A DNA stretch of 64,000 nt from a virus: positions 96,001 to 160,000 of the IMG/VR virus record IMGVR_UViG_3300032298_001038. One strand, written 5' to 3'. Every line of letters begins with the position of its first letter. The first letter of the stretch is position 1. The notes under the pieces are model-generated. The model worked only from the letters and a program-made list of their open reading frames with translations. It was not told where the DNA came from and searched no databases. A program made the translations under genes and the position numbers. Shown here one piece after another: positions 37,387 to 46,407 of this stretch.

Positions 37387-37816
37387 GAGCAACCTTTTTT
37401 GCTGGAACTTTTTGCGCGTTGGCCTTGCGCAGGTCAAGCGGCCCCAGATTTACTTGCCACGTTTCTGCGGCCCACCGCAATATCTTTCTGCGATCGGCGT
37501 CATCATCTACCGCCCGCGTTCGGATGCTCCAGCGGTTGTGCCCCTCCAGTTCTACCGTGAAAAAGCCGCAGGCATGGATGCGCTCCGCAATTTTTTGCGG
37601 GCATTCGAACATCACGTAGAAACCTTGCGGGTGCCCTTCGCAACTGAAAAGCGGAGTTGCGCCAAGTTGCTCTAGCATGAGCACAAAATAGTTCACGCCC
37701 GGGTCAATACGTTCAACGGTATAGAACGGCACAACCGGCGGACGGCGATATACGTACAGTTTTCGCGCAGCGTCCCAAATGTTCGGTTTCTTCTTTTGTT
37801 TTGTCTTAGTTGCCAT
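37379..37816 (-). CDS. Hypothetical protein with Tyw3-like ID..SCEGH motif
   Basis: RIDPGVNYFV..LGATPLFSCEGHP. Confidence 0.5.
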   Translation of the reverse strand: MATKTKQKKKPNIWDAARKLYVYRRPPVVPFYTVERIDPGVNYFVLMLEQLGATPLFSCEGHPQGFYVMFECPQKIAERIHACGFFTVELEGHNRWSIRTRAVDDDADRRKILRWAAETWQVNLGPLDLRKANAQKVPAKKVAHA

Positions 37817-37823
37817 TCGTAGG

Positions 37824-38198
37824 CTAGACGCCAACTGCGGCGTCTTGCTGCTCCAGTTCTTTTTCTAGGTTTTTGCCGCGGCCAAACATCCACGAATGCT
37901 CGGGCTTAATGCATTCAAACCAGTCGGCCATCGTGGGAATAAGCCCAAGGTCTTCTTTTACGTGCTGTTCGCCGATGTAGCGCACGGGAACGACGCGGCC
38001 GTCAGAGTTCGTGATCGTCGTTCCAAATATCTTTTCCGCCATGAAAATGCCCTCGCTGTGGTGGCGCAGAGCGCGGTGACGGAAGTCAGCCATATGGGCT
38101 TTGGATTCATCAAACCAGTCGTGGATCGGCTGGTAGTCTTCGACGCAGCCGCCCCATTTCTGTACAGAAGAGAGCGCGTGGTGATAAGGGTGCGCCAT
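37824..38198 (-). CDS. DUF6915-like protein
   Basis: MAHPYHHALSSVQKWGG..IHDWFDESKAHMADFRHRALRHHSEGIF..EQHVKEDLG. Confidence 0.8.
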   Translation of the reverse strand: MAHPYHHALSSVQKWGGCVEDYQPIHDWFDESKAHMADFRHRALRHHSEGIFMAEKIFGTTITNSDGRVVPVRYIGEQHVKEDLGLIPTMADWFECIKPEHSWMFGRGKNLEKELEQQDAAVGV

Positions 38199-38482
38199 TA
38201 TTCCTTGTCTTCAAGGTGTTTGTAGTCGCCCGCGGAGGTGTCGCCGGCAAAGCGATCTTCGATGGCGCGAAAACAATCTCGTCGTTCGCTGGCTTCGTGC
38301 ACGCCGGGAAATAACCGATCAATGGCCGCGGCAATATGCACTCCTGCACACCAACCGATATTGGCCTGTTCACCGGCAGTCCAAAACAGTTTTTCTTGTA
38401 CTGTTTCTTCCATTATTTCGTCGTAGTGCATTAACGACAATTTAACGGTAAACAGTTTGTCGCATTCAATGTTGTCTGCCAT
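38198..38482 (-). CDS. Hypothetical protein
   Basis: 94 aa, TAATG coupling. Confidence 0.6.
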   Translation of the reverse strand: MADNIECDKLFTVKLSLMHYDEIMEETVQEKLFWTAGEQANIGWCAGVHIAAAIDRLFPGVHEASERRDCFRAIEDRFAGDTSAGDYKHLEDKE

Positions 38483-38700
38483 TATTCACCCGTCGGCCCT
38501 GTGTAGAGTTCGAGCAATTCGCGGATATCGTCATGCGTATAGGACCAGTCCATTTTTCGCTCGACCCGTTCTGCGGCTTCCGCCCATACATCGTCGTCGG
38601 CGCGTTGAAACTGATCGGCAAACCACCACGCGGCAATGATATTTTTGACGCCGCTTTTCTTGGCGGCTTTTAGTTCTTTGATGGCCTCGTCAACTGTCAT
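38482..38700 (-). CDS. Hypothetical protein
   Basis: 72 aa, coupled. Confidence 0.65.
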   Translation of the reverse strand: MTVDEAIKELKAAKKSGVKNIIAAWWFADQFQRADDDVWAEAAERVERKMDWSYTHDDIRELLELYTGPTGE

Positions 38701-39047
38701 GCTGTGCCAGCCTTTTCGACGAGGTGCTTATGCAGCGCTTCCTGATAAATGCGGGCCTGAAACCCGCGGCCAAACTTGACGTCGTGCGGCAGTTCAAAAT
38801 CTCGCACCATGCTTTCCAGCGCGTCGAGGCCGTAGATGCCTCGCATCTGGTTGACAGGTGTACCGTCCGGCCCGCTGATGGTGTGCTTCGGGTCGCTGAA
38901 GTCGCTTTCGTAAATGTTGGTGCAGCGGTCGACTAATTCCTGCGGCACGCCCACTTCAATAAACGCTTCTGGCTTGAAAATCGTATGCCCGTCGCAAATG
39001 TCAGCGGCGGCGAGCACGATCTTGGGATCAATTTCAGTCCACTTCAA
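38697..39047 (-). CDS. Hypothetical protein
   Basis: 116 aa, ends in a FGRGFQAR motif. Confidence 0.7.
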   Translation of the reverse strand: MKWTEIDPKIVLAAADICDGHTIFKPEAFIEVGVPQELVDRCTNIYESDFSDPKHTISGPDGTPVNQMRGIYGLDALESMVRDFELPHDVKFGRGFQARIYQEALHKHLVEKAGTA

Positions 39048-39267
39048 GGTCTTGTTCCTCCCGGAATTCTTCTACGTCATCGTGCGTCGCGTAGCACGAA
39101 GACAAAGCGTTACAGTCTTCAAAACCTCGGGCGTAGATATCTACCGCGACGCCTTCGTCAGTTTTCTTGATATAGACCGAAAAGTCTCGACCGACACCGA
39201 CCCACGTGGACTCGGCTGCGGAAGACATTTCGGCGTCAGTTTCTTCATTCAGCCGGACTCTCTTCAT
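39034..39267 (-). CDS. Hypothetical protein
   Basis: 77 aa, SVYIKKTDEGVAVDIY motif. Confidence 0.6.
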   Translation of the reverse strand: MKRVRLNEETDAEMSSAAESTWVGVGRDFSVYIKKTDEGVAVDIYARGFEDCNALSSCYATHDDVEEFREEQDLEVD

Positions 39268-39478
39268 TTTCGTCTGTTACTTCGAGAAGGAATTCTGGAA
39301 TGTCTTCACGTTTTGCGGCGGGGTCGTACTCGACGGTGATGTGCGCGGGTACTTCGTCGTACTTGACGGCGTTCATGACGTCTTCAAAGACGCACTGTTT
39401 TGCCTCGTCAACCATTTCTTGATTGTCGAGATCAACTACGTAGTTGACTTTGAATGAAACACGGCCAAGTCTAGACAT
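39245..39478 (-). CDS. Hypothetical acidic protein
   Basis: 77-aa ORF in the chain. Confidence 0.6.
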   Translation of the reverse strand: MSRLGRVSFKVNYVVDLDNQEMVDEAKQCVFEDVMNAVKYDEVPAHITVEYDPAAKREDIPEFLLEVTDENEESPAE

Positions 39479-39722
39479 AGACTGCCCTATCTATTTCTTT
39501 GGTGTCGTTGATAATCTGCCCGCTACGGTCTTCTTGCCAGCAACGCCACTCTTCGTGACCGCGTTCGCGTCCTTCGTGACTGTAAATTTTGCGCAAACGT
39601 TTAAATGCGCGTTTGGCTGCGGCAAGAGAAAAATGCTTTGATATTTTGCGTTTTCGGTTTGTGCCAAAGTTTGTGTACGTGGCGTATTCCCACGCCCACA
39701 TTGATCGTCCGCGTACGCTCAT
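39471..39722 (-). CDS. Hypothetical protein
   Basis: 83-aa ORF in the chain. Confidence 0.55.
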   Translation of the reverse strand: MSVRGRSMWAWEYATYTNFGTNRKRKISKHFSLAAAKRAFKRLRKIYSHEGRERGHEEWRCWQEDRSGQIINDTKEIDRAVYV

Positions 39723-39724
39723 CG

Positions 39725-40228
39725 TTAGTACGTAAAGTTTTCGGTTCTGACTTCGGTGTATCGTTCGTTGTGCTCGATTGTGATCTTTTCGTCGGCGATA
39801 GTAACGGCAATGTCGCCGTAACTGCCCGAATCGATTTCCCAGCCGCCGGGAAGCAGCGCAAAAAGGTCGTCAACAAAGTTGTCGCACGCCTCGCGGGTAA
39901 TGAGGCTGTTTGGTTCTTTGGTGACCTTCTCTACCCAGCGATTCCAGTCGTTTCTGATTTCTTGCGACGTAACGGCGGGATTATTTGAGTGTTGTACGTT
40001 GGCTTCAATTTGCGCCGGCGTCATGTACGACACGACGCTGATTGTCTCAAGATCGCCGGAATCGCCGCAGCCGTCGTAGTACGCTTCGACGCGAATAACA
40101 TTATGCGCGGAAAGAAGTTTGCAGAATTGTTTGATGCTTTCAACCATGTCGTTGCGTGTTTTTTTCGGGTTGCGGAGCCAGTCAAATATTTGGTCGACGC
40201 TTTGCCGCGGGGCTGGTTCTTCTGCCAT
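39725..40228 (-). CDS. DUF6878-like protein
   Basis: VEAYYDGCGDSGDLE..GGWEIDSGSYG..IEHNERY. Confidence 0.75.
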   Translation of the reverse strand: MAEEPAPRQSVDQIFDWLRNPKKTRNDMVESIKQFCKLLSAHNVIRVEAYYDGCGDSGDLETISVVSYMTPAQIEANVQHSNNPAVTSQEIRNDWNRWVEKVTKEPNSLITREACDNFVDDLFALLPGGWEIDSGSYGDIAVTIADEKITIEHNERYTEVRTENFTY

Positions 40229-40231
40229 TAA

Positions 40232-40735
40232 TTAGTAAGATGCGTAAACGGTGCACGGTTTTCCTGTCTCCTGCTCCTTCTGTTCCGCCAGCGCGACAAA
40301 GTCTCGAAACGACTGTACGACTTTTTGGGCGTACTCCGGGCCGTCGTCAGGGTACAAATTTGAACAACGCGCGTAACAGGCTTCCTCGACGGTCATAGGC
40401 GTCGTCAGCCCGCTCATGACCGGCCCGTCAATAACCACGCCCGATTGCTTCATGAGTTCAGATAACAAAACCGCGACGTTGTGACCGCCATCCTTGCCTG
40501 TCGCCGGCTCTGTAACGGATGTCAGGCGTTCGCGCAAAATAGCGGCTGGAATTTCAGCCTCGCAGTTGTCGGCTTCGAACGCTTCGCGGACGAGGATTTT
40601 GGTGGCGTACGGCCCGCCGTGATAAGACTCGCGGAGATAGCCGACACTGCCAGACGTCGTATCGAAGCCGGTGTACTGGCGTTTCTGGTCTTCTTCCGTC
40701 ATCCCATCCCACTTGAGGTAGATGTCGATTCCCAT
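40232..40735 (-). CDS. Phage hypothetical protein
   Basis: MGIDIYL start, GYLRESYHGG, ends VYASY. Confidence 0.75.
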   Translation of the reverse strand: MGIDIYLKWDGMTEEDQKRQYTGFDTTSGSVGYLRESYHGGPYATKILVREAFEADNCEAEIPAAILRERLTSVTEPATGKDGGHNVAVLLSELMKQSGVVIDGPVMSGLTTPMTVEEACYARCSNLYPDDGPEYAQKVVQSFRDFVALAEQKEQETGKPCTVYASY

Positions 40736-40736
40736 G

Positions 40737-40964
40737 TTACTTGGCCTTTAAGTGCTTAAGTGCGTCGGTCCAATTAGCCTTTTCGCCGTCGTAAACGCTC
40801 ATGGCGCTATCGCTGTTTGTGCGCAGGTGAATAATTTTCTTGTTGTCAAACTTCTCGGCGGCGATGGCGGCAGCAAGAACTTCTTCAACGCTGTCGCGAT
40901 CCGGTGCGCAGATGACAAATTCTTTGTTGACACTTTCGGTAATGTGCACATTGAAGTAGGGCAT
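40737..40964 (-). CDS. Small hypothetical protein
   Basis: 75 aa. Confidence 0.6.
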   Translation of the reverse strand: MPYFNVHITESVNKEFVICAPDRDSVEEVLAAAIAAEKFDNKKIIHLRTNSDSAMSVYDGEKANWTDALKHLKAK

Positions 40965-40978
40965 TTTTTCCTCTGTAT

Positions 40979-41016
40979 AAAAAAGGAGGGCGCCGAGTAC
41001 ATACCCGACGCCCTCC
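40979..41016 (-). terminator. Rho-independent terminator
   Basis: Minus strand GGAGGGCG-TCGG...-CGCCCTCC followed by TTTTTT, downstream of 41041-41382. Confidence 0.8.
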
Positions 41017-41040
41017 GTGGCGGTGATTAATTACGACAAA

Positions 41041-41382
41041 TCAGCGGCAGTTGCAGCAGCCGCGGCGAGCGCGGACAACCCGCACCGGCGCCTTGACCAC
41101 CTGCACCGGCACCTCGACGACAGCGCGAGTCACCTCACGCGTCCGCTCGATCGTGCGGCCGAACAGGCCCTGACGGCACGACGAGCGGCAAGACCGCTCC
41201 GTGGTGCAGGTTCCGTTCTCGCACGTTGTTACCGTCGCCGGGGCGGACACGATGTCTGCCTGCGAGGTAGCCGCCGCAGTGGGCTGGCCGTGGTTGAGAA
41301 CGCTAGGGGCGTTGTTGGCGGCATCCTCTCCGCGGACAACACTGCAAGCACACAGAACAAACGCGATAAATGCGTAACGCAT
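41041..41382 (-). CDS. Small secreted Cys-rich protein
   Basis: Signal-peptide-like MRYAFIAFVLCACSVVRG; CENGTC, GCCNCR. Confidence 0.7.
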   Translation of the reverse strand: MRYAFIAFVLCACSVVRGEDAANNAPSVLNHGQPTAAATSQADIVSAPATVTTCENGTCTTERSCRSSCRQGLFGRTIERTREVTRAVVEVPVQVVKAPVRVVRARRGCCNCR

Positions 41383-41421
41383 TTAATCCTCTTCCTTGTT
41401 AGGTAGGCAAAAGCCTACGGG

Positions 41422-41784
41422 TCAATCGTCCCAATCATCCTCGTCCGGCTCGACGCACATTTGGTCGAGACCGCACGACTCAATCTGCCGGCGGAGTCGG
41501 TTGTCTTTGCTGAGCATCGACAAGAACCAATCCTCCAGCAGTTTGATTTCGTTTTCGGTTGGAGGCCGCTGCGGCAAGTCTTCCAACTTTATAGTTTTGC
41601 ATTCGGCACCGGTCACGATAGCGTGCGCGTCGTGGCTCGGATAACCGTCTCCGTTGTAGTCATAACGGCAACCCGGGTCACCGGGATCGTAGTCGAATTC
41701 GACATTGAACTCAAACGTGCCCGGTTTTCCTAGGGGGTTTTCGCCGTCATCGTCGTCGATATCCCACGGAATCCAGTTGGTCAT
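41422..41784 (-). CDS. Hypothetical acidic protein
   Basis: Start at ATG 41784 (MTNWIPW), ATGA overlap. Confidence 0.65.
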   Translation of the reverse strand: MTNWIPWDIDDDDGENPLGKPGTFEFNVEFDYDPGDPGCRYDYNGDGYPSHDAHAIVTGAECKTIKLEDLPQRPPTENEIKLLEDWFLSMLSKDNRLRRQIESCGLDQMCVEPDEDDWDD

Positions 41785-42044
41785 TCGACCACCTGCACAT
41801 GTTCGTTGCGCATCTTTTGGTTGAGCCACGCTTCCTCGGCCGCAAGGGCGTCGGCGCGCGATGCAAACCCGTCTACGCGCGGGCCGCCGACTGGCGCAAG
41901 GTCGATATACCATGTGCCGGGTTTGTGCTGGTCTGGTTCGACGTGGCTGGCGCGCTTGATGTCGAGTGCTCCAAGTTCTGCCAGCGCGATGCTTTCACCG
42001 TATAGGCACTGCGCTGAACCGTCGGGGCGGAAGTATAGGTTCAT
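41781..42044 (-). CDS. Small conserved protein of the RASHVEP..W..DL.PVGGP type
   Basis: PDGSAQCLYGE..RASHVEPD..WYIDLAPVGGP..RADALAAEEAWL; recalled from planctomycete AAA/DUF1257 loci. Confidence 0.75.
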   Translation of the reverse strand: MNLYFRPDGSAQCLYGESIALAELGALDIKRASHVEPDQHKPGTWYIDLAPVGGPRVDGFASRADALAAEEAWLNQKMRNEHVQVVE

Positions 42045-43057
42045 GACGTGGCCTCTTGCAAGCGCATAAGTCGCCGCGGTCCGGCGGGTTCTGCGGAAAT
42101 TCGTCGGGCTGGGAAGTTGGCAACTTGGCCATTTGGCATAATCTGGGCAGCACCAAGTCGGCCGCCGTATTGTGCCAGCAGGTTTAAATAGTTTTGCAAA
42201 CTTGCCCGCGTGCGAAATTCTTGATGCTGAAACACGCTGCGCTGGTTTAGCGTAACAATATTGTCAGCCATGGTGTGGTAATCGCCGTACTCAACAGAAA
42301 AGATAGAGTGAATCAGCACGACGTGATCTCGCAGCACAATCGGGTACGAAATAGACGACTGATCGGCGACTACGGCAAAGTCTCGCAAATTAACGGCCGC
42401 GGTCTGGTGGTGATTGTTGATCTGGCTACGGATTAGTTGGGCTTGATTTTCAACCAGCGCGCGGCCGCGAATGATGCCGTGGATGACAGAGCAATCGCCT
42501 TTAATCTCGATCATGCCGACGGACCCGCCGTCTAGCGTGCTGCGCACAACCAGCGCATTGCCGCCGATACGGACGTCGCCCGTCATCGTCGTTGAAAATA
42601 CTTGCGCGCTTTCGTTTACGTACGCCGTGTGATAAAGCCGGCTTGTACCAGACACGTGCGCTTGACCAAAAATGCGCGCGTTGCCCTCAACGATTGTCGT
42701 GTCGCGTACAACTGCTTTGCCGTATATCTGGCCGCTGTTGCGCAGCGTAACGCCGCCCGATACGACGGCGCTGCCAGAAATACGGGACGTGCCTTCGAGG
42801 CGCACAGGCCCCTTGACTGTCGCGCGGTTAAATATCTCGCATCGCCGGCCGATATAAACACAGTCGTCGACTGCCGCGGTGTCTGCAACCCAGCCGCCGC
42901 CGTTGTCGTGCTTGTGCGCGGGCACGCGGCCAGAACCGTCTTTGAAATCGTGTTTTGGCTGCCTTGGTTTTCGTTTCTTGATAACCTTTATTTCCTCCAA
43001 CTGCTCAATTGGAGGTGTGATTACAGGAGGTGCTTCTACGATTTCTGTCATTTTCAA
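42041..43057 (-). CDS. Left-handed beta-helix (hexapeptide repeat) protein
   Basis: HDNGGGWVADTAAV followed by [IV]-x-G-x-A-x-[IV] repeats. Confidence 0.8.
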   Translation of the reverse strand: MKMTEIVEAPPVITPPIEQLEEIKVIKKRKPRQPKHDFKDGSGRVPAHKHDNGGGWVADTAAVDDCVYIGRRCEIFNRATVKGPVRLEGTSRISGSAVVSGGVTLRNSGQIYGKAVVRDTTIVEGNARIFGQAHVSGTSRLYHTAYVNESAQVFSTTMTGDVRIGGNALVVRSTLDGGSVGMIEIKGDCSVIHGIIRGRALVENQAQLIRSQINNHHQTAAVNLRDFAVVADQSSISYPIVLRDHVVLIHSIFSVEYGDYHTMADNIVTLNQRSVFQHQEFRTRASLQNYLNLLAQYGGRLGAAQIMPNGQVANFPARRISAEPAGPRRLMRLQEATS

Positions 43058-44004
43058 CTCATGGGCAGCACGCGCCGCCTCGGGGCATTCGTGATCAAAC
43101 TGTCCAGCGCCGTCTTGACCGTCGTCATCTGCTGCGTCAGGTTCTGCCGCAGGTCATTGTTTTTGCGCAAGTCCTTGGCGTCGATGCCAGCGACAAGGTC
43201 ATTTGCCTGCTGAATCAACCCTTCCAACTGCGCGTTGGATCGCACGTTCATGCGGCGGAAGTTTTCATAGAACTCCTTGAAGTTCTCAATCGCCGACGCC
43301 TTGAACGTCTTTTTAGTACCATCAGGCTCGTCGGTCAGCCGCTCGACCAGATGCGCGATCATTTCCTGCAACTGCTCAGCAAACGCGTTTTCGGCCATGA
43401 TAACCGCAGTCTCGAACCGCTGCTGAACCCGTGACTGCTCCTGCGTGTACAACTCGGGGTTGAACGTCATCAGGTAGTTCGGCGGCTCGACAGGCGGATA
43501 CTCCCATTTGATATCAAAGACGCCTTCAAGGGTAGGCGGGTAGTCGTTGGGATTAAACAGGTCACCCAGTTTTTCCCGTGCCGCTTCCTTGATGGACTCG
43601 TACTCCAACTGGAGGTTGGCAGCCGCTGCGGCAAGTTGCTCCTTGAACTCCCGCATCTTCGCTTCAAATGCTGCGATCTCGTCTTGCTTGATCAACCGAA
43701 TACCTTCCTGCGGATAGGGCAGGGTCATGCTGCGCCAATAACTCGACGCCTGACTCTTGATTGCGGTCAGGACGCGGTAGGTGTTGTTCTTGGTGTCGAT
43801 CAGCCGCTTGGACGCGGTAACCAGATCAGTGGCCGCGTGAAAAGTATCGGCCGCCTGCTTGGTCTGCGTGTCGGACAACTTGCGCTGCGTGCCCAGCCAC
43901 GAGAACGACAACTTGACGGCGCCCATCGTCTGGCGCAGTTCATTCGCCGTTTCGACGACACCTTCGTTCGCTACTTCAATCGTGTTTTCTGTTTCTGTTG
44001 ACAT
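43054..44004 (-). CDS. DUF3150-like coiled-coil protein
   Basis: AVKLSFSWLGTQRKL..SKRLIDT..TLPYPQEGIRLI..LGDLFNPNDYP; start ATG 44004. Confidence 0.65.
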   Translation of the reverse strand: MSTETENTIEVANEGVVETANELRQTMGAVKLSFSWLGTQRKLSDTQTKQAADTFHAATDLVTASKRLIDTKNNTYRVLTAIKSQASSYWRSMTLPYPQEGIRLIKQDEIAAFEAKMREFKEQLAAAAANLQLEYESIKEAAREKLGDLFNPNDYPPTLEGVFDIKWEYPPVEPPNYLMTFNPELYTQEQSRVQQRFETAVIMAENAFAEQLQEMIAHLVERLTDEPDGTKKTFKASAIENFKEFYENFRRMNVRSNAQLEGLIQQANDLVAGIDAKDLRKNNDLRQNLTQQMTTVKTALDSLITNAPRRRVLPMS

Positions 44005-44006
44005 GT

Positions 44007-44222
44007 TTAGTTGAGTTTCGTCCTTTGTCGTGGCGTTAAATTTTCGTGCGGAGGTTTGTGCGACGGTTGCGGGGCCACTATGCGCCCACACGCCAACTCC
44101 AAATAACAGTCTTTGCACTTTGGCTGTCCGTCAATTTTCCATGCCGGATCAGGCCGGCACTGGTCGTCGCTTTCGTCAATAATCTCGCCGCACGATGTGC
44201 AGATTGTTTTTGGAAGTGCCAT
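44007..44222 (-). CDS. Small Zn-finger protein
   Basis: CTSC..CKDC. Confidence 0.6.
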   Translation of the reverse strand: MALPKTICTSCGEIIDESDDQCRPDPAWKIDGQPKCKDCYLELACGRIVAPQPSHKPPHENLTPRQRTKLN

Positions 44223-44248
44223 GTTCGCGTTACTGCGGGATGAGTGTG

Positions 44249-44560
44249 TTAATCTTTCACGTGTTGTGAGGGTCGTTCAGACGCGTTTGGTAAACCAAAC
44301 GATTTCATCTTCTCGTCCCAGTTTTCATATTCGCCCTCGCGGCGCATCTTGCGGCCAATGCGCGCTACGCCCTCGTTGACGCTTTCTGGCGCAACAGGGC
44401 GGCGAATGTCTAGGACTTGCTCATCTGGCAGGTCGTCGATCACCGCTTGAACGGCTGTCCAGTCTTCGCCGTCAATGAACGCCATCGTGGCGGTGCCTAA
44501 GCGGTTTGGGTAGAGGATAACCGCGTATCCGTCTTCAAGCATCTTGTCAATGTCAGACAT
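44249..44560 (-). CDS. Hypothetical protein
   Basis: 103 aa after GGAG-N5-ATG. Confidence 0.65.
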   Translation of the reverse strand: MSDIDKMLEDGYAVILYPNRLGTATMAFIDGEDWTAVQAVIDDLPDEQVLDIRRPVAPESVNEGVARIGRKMRREGEYENWDEKMKSFGLPNASERPSQHVKD

Positions 44561-44577
44561 AGTCGTCTCCGGAATTT

Positions 44578-44845
44578 TGACTGCCGTTACGCGGCAGTCA
44601 GTACGGGCGCCGGCGCTGTGTCATGTTTTTTTGCAACAAAACTCGACATTGGGCCGACCAGATTGACTGCCGTCACGTGGCAGTCAAAATTGACTGCCGT
44701 CACGTGGCAGTCAAAAATCGACTCCCGGGTTTGGGGGAGTCTGACTCCCGGTTTTGCCGGAGTCAAAATTGACTGCCGGGTTTGGGGGAGTCTGACTCCC
44801 GGTTTTGCCGGAGTCAAAATTGACTGCCGTCACGTGGCAGTCAAA
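44578..44845. repeat. Array of eight palindromic units GACTSCC-N7/8-GGSAGTC including a 51-bp tandem duplication
   Basis: Units start at 44579, 44665, 44692, 44720, 44743, 44771, 44794, 44822; 44720-44770 and 44771-44821 are near-identical. Confidence 0.95.
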
Positions 44846-44849
44846 GTTT

Positions 44850-44878
44850 GCTTTTCGGTCGCTTTTCACTCGCTTTTC
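44850..44878. repeat. Three GCTTTTC direct repeats at 11-bp period
   Basis: GCTTTTC at 44850, 44861, 44872. Confidence 0.8.
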
Positions 44879-44913
44879 ACTTCGTAGTGAAATCGCAAGG
44901 ATTAGCGAAAAAC

Positions 44914-46407
44914 TCAGTTTTCGCTCGGGGAAGCGGAAATCTTACGGCGACCGCTTGCGACGGGCGCCGGACGGGCTTTTCCCACGCGCGAGTACAACCC
45001 CGGGTTATCCGCCGACAGGCACCGACCCTCGGCCCACTTGCGCAGGCTTTCGATCTGCTCGGCGCTGGTCACAGCCACCGGCACGACGTTCTGGGCCGCC
45101 TCGATGAGCGGGATGTCCAGAAGCGCCGCCAGACGGCAGCACGACTTGATCTCGGCACCAGTCCAGTTGGTATCGTCCGGACGCTGCTGCGCTTTGTCGA
45201 TGCCGAAGTGATTTAGATAGATATCCCAGATACGCTGCCGCTGGTCGTCGCCGGGCAGGTCGACGAAGAACACGCCGTCGAAACGCTCGGCTCGGGCGAA
45301 CGGCGCCGGCAACTGGCTGGCGTCGTTACAGGTGCCGATGAAGAACACGTCCGACGTGTGGTCGTTGAGCCACGTCAGGAGCGTACCGAACAGCCGGGCA
45401 GAGACGCCGCTGTCGGTCTGGCCGGACGAACCGACGCCAGCAAGACCCTTCTCGATCTCGTCGACGAACAGCACGCACGGCGCCATGGCGTCGACCTGCT
45501 TGAGGGCGCGCCGCATGTTGCCCTCGGACTCGCCCACGAACTTGCCCATCAGGCTGCCGAAGTCGAGCATCACGGTCGGGCGGCCGACCTCGTTGCCCAG
45601 CGCTTTGGCGAACTGGGACTTGCCGCAGCCCGGAGGCGACAGCAGCAGCACGCCCTTGGGTCGCTTATCGACGTTCTTTTCACCCTGCCGCTTCATGGCG
45701 CGGATGCAAAACTGCTTGAGGTTTTCGAGGCCGCCAAGGTTCTCGAAGTTGGCGTCGCCGCGATACAGAGTCATGGTGCCGCTCTTTTCGAGCGTCTGCG
45801 CCTTGATACCCCAGATCGTGTCCGGCTCCAACTTGTTGTTGCGCACCAGCGAAAGCGCGTAGGCGTTCTCGGCCTCCTGCCGGGTCAAGCCGCGGGAGGC
45901 GTCAACAACGCTGCCCACCTGTTCGTCGGTCGGCTTCTCAAACGCCGAACCCTCGCCGAACAGATCGTTGCAGATGTCCTTCAACTGCGTCTCGTCCGGC
46001 AGTTCGTGATGAACGACCGTAAACAACTTCTCGATCTCGGGCTGAAGCGCAACCGTCGGCGCAACGATCACAACGTAACGGCCCTCACCCTTGCCGCGGA
46101 CAACGCGGTTGGCCAGCGCCTGCAAAACCTCGGGGTTGGGCAGGTACCGGTGGAAGTTCTTGAGCACGAGAATCTGCGTCTCGTTTGTCTTGGGCAGGTC
46201 CATCGACCGGATCGCCTGAAGCGGGCCGGGTGCGGCGACCATACCGCTTTCCAACTGCTGGTCGATATCCCAGACGTCGAAGCCCCACTTGCGCTCTTCG
46301 GCCAGCGCACGAATAGTCTTAACAGCGTCGTCGCACTCCAGCGACTCGACCCAAACGCCGGAAAAGCCGGCGCACACAAGTTCTTTAATTTCTTTTTCGA
46401 GAGACAC
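44914..46407 (-). CDS. Ycf46-like AAA+ ATPase
   Basis: Degenerate N-terminal AAA (LVLKNFHRYL), LGGLENLK, Walker A SPPGCGKS, Walker B FVDEIEK, ERFDGVFFVDLP, WTGAEI. Confidence 0.9.
   Translation of the reverse strand: MSLEKEIKELVCAGFSGVWVESLECDDAVKTIRALAEERKWGFDVWDIDQQLESGMVAAPGPLQAIRSMDLPKTNETQILVLKNFHRYLPNPEVLQALANRVVRGKGEGRYVVIVAPTVALQPEIEKLFTVVHHELPDETQLKDICNDLFGEGSAFEKPTDEQVGSVVDASRGLTRQEAENAYALSLVRNNKLEPDTIWGIKAQTLEKSGTMTLYRGDANFENLGGLENLKQFCIRAMKRQGEKNVDKRPKGVLLLSPPGCGKSQFAKALGNEVGRPTVMLDFGSLMGKFVGESEGNMRRALKQVDAMAPCVLFVDEIEKGLAGVGSSGQTDSGVSARLFGTLLTWLNDHTSDVFFIGTCNDASQLPAPFARAERFDGVFFVDLPGDDQRQRIWDIYLNHFGIDKAQQRPDDTNWTGAEIKSCCRLAALLDIPLIEAAQNVVPVAVTSAEQIESLRKWAEGRCLSADNPGLYSRVGKARPAPVASGRRKISASPSEN

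Noticed and set aside
44578-44845. CRISPR array or TIGR-type array
   Set aside because: Loops are only 7-8 nt and recur identically, there are no unique spacers, and I could not see box C/D-like edge and loop repeats. Kept as a palindromic repeat array.
44587-44887. ORFs of 76 aa (-) and 89 aa (+) across the repeat
   Set aside because: Their translations simply mirror the DNA repeat, with no RBS or coding features
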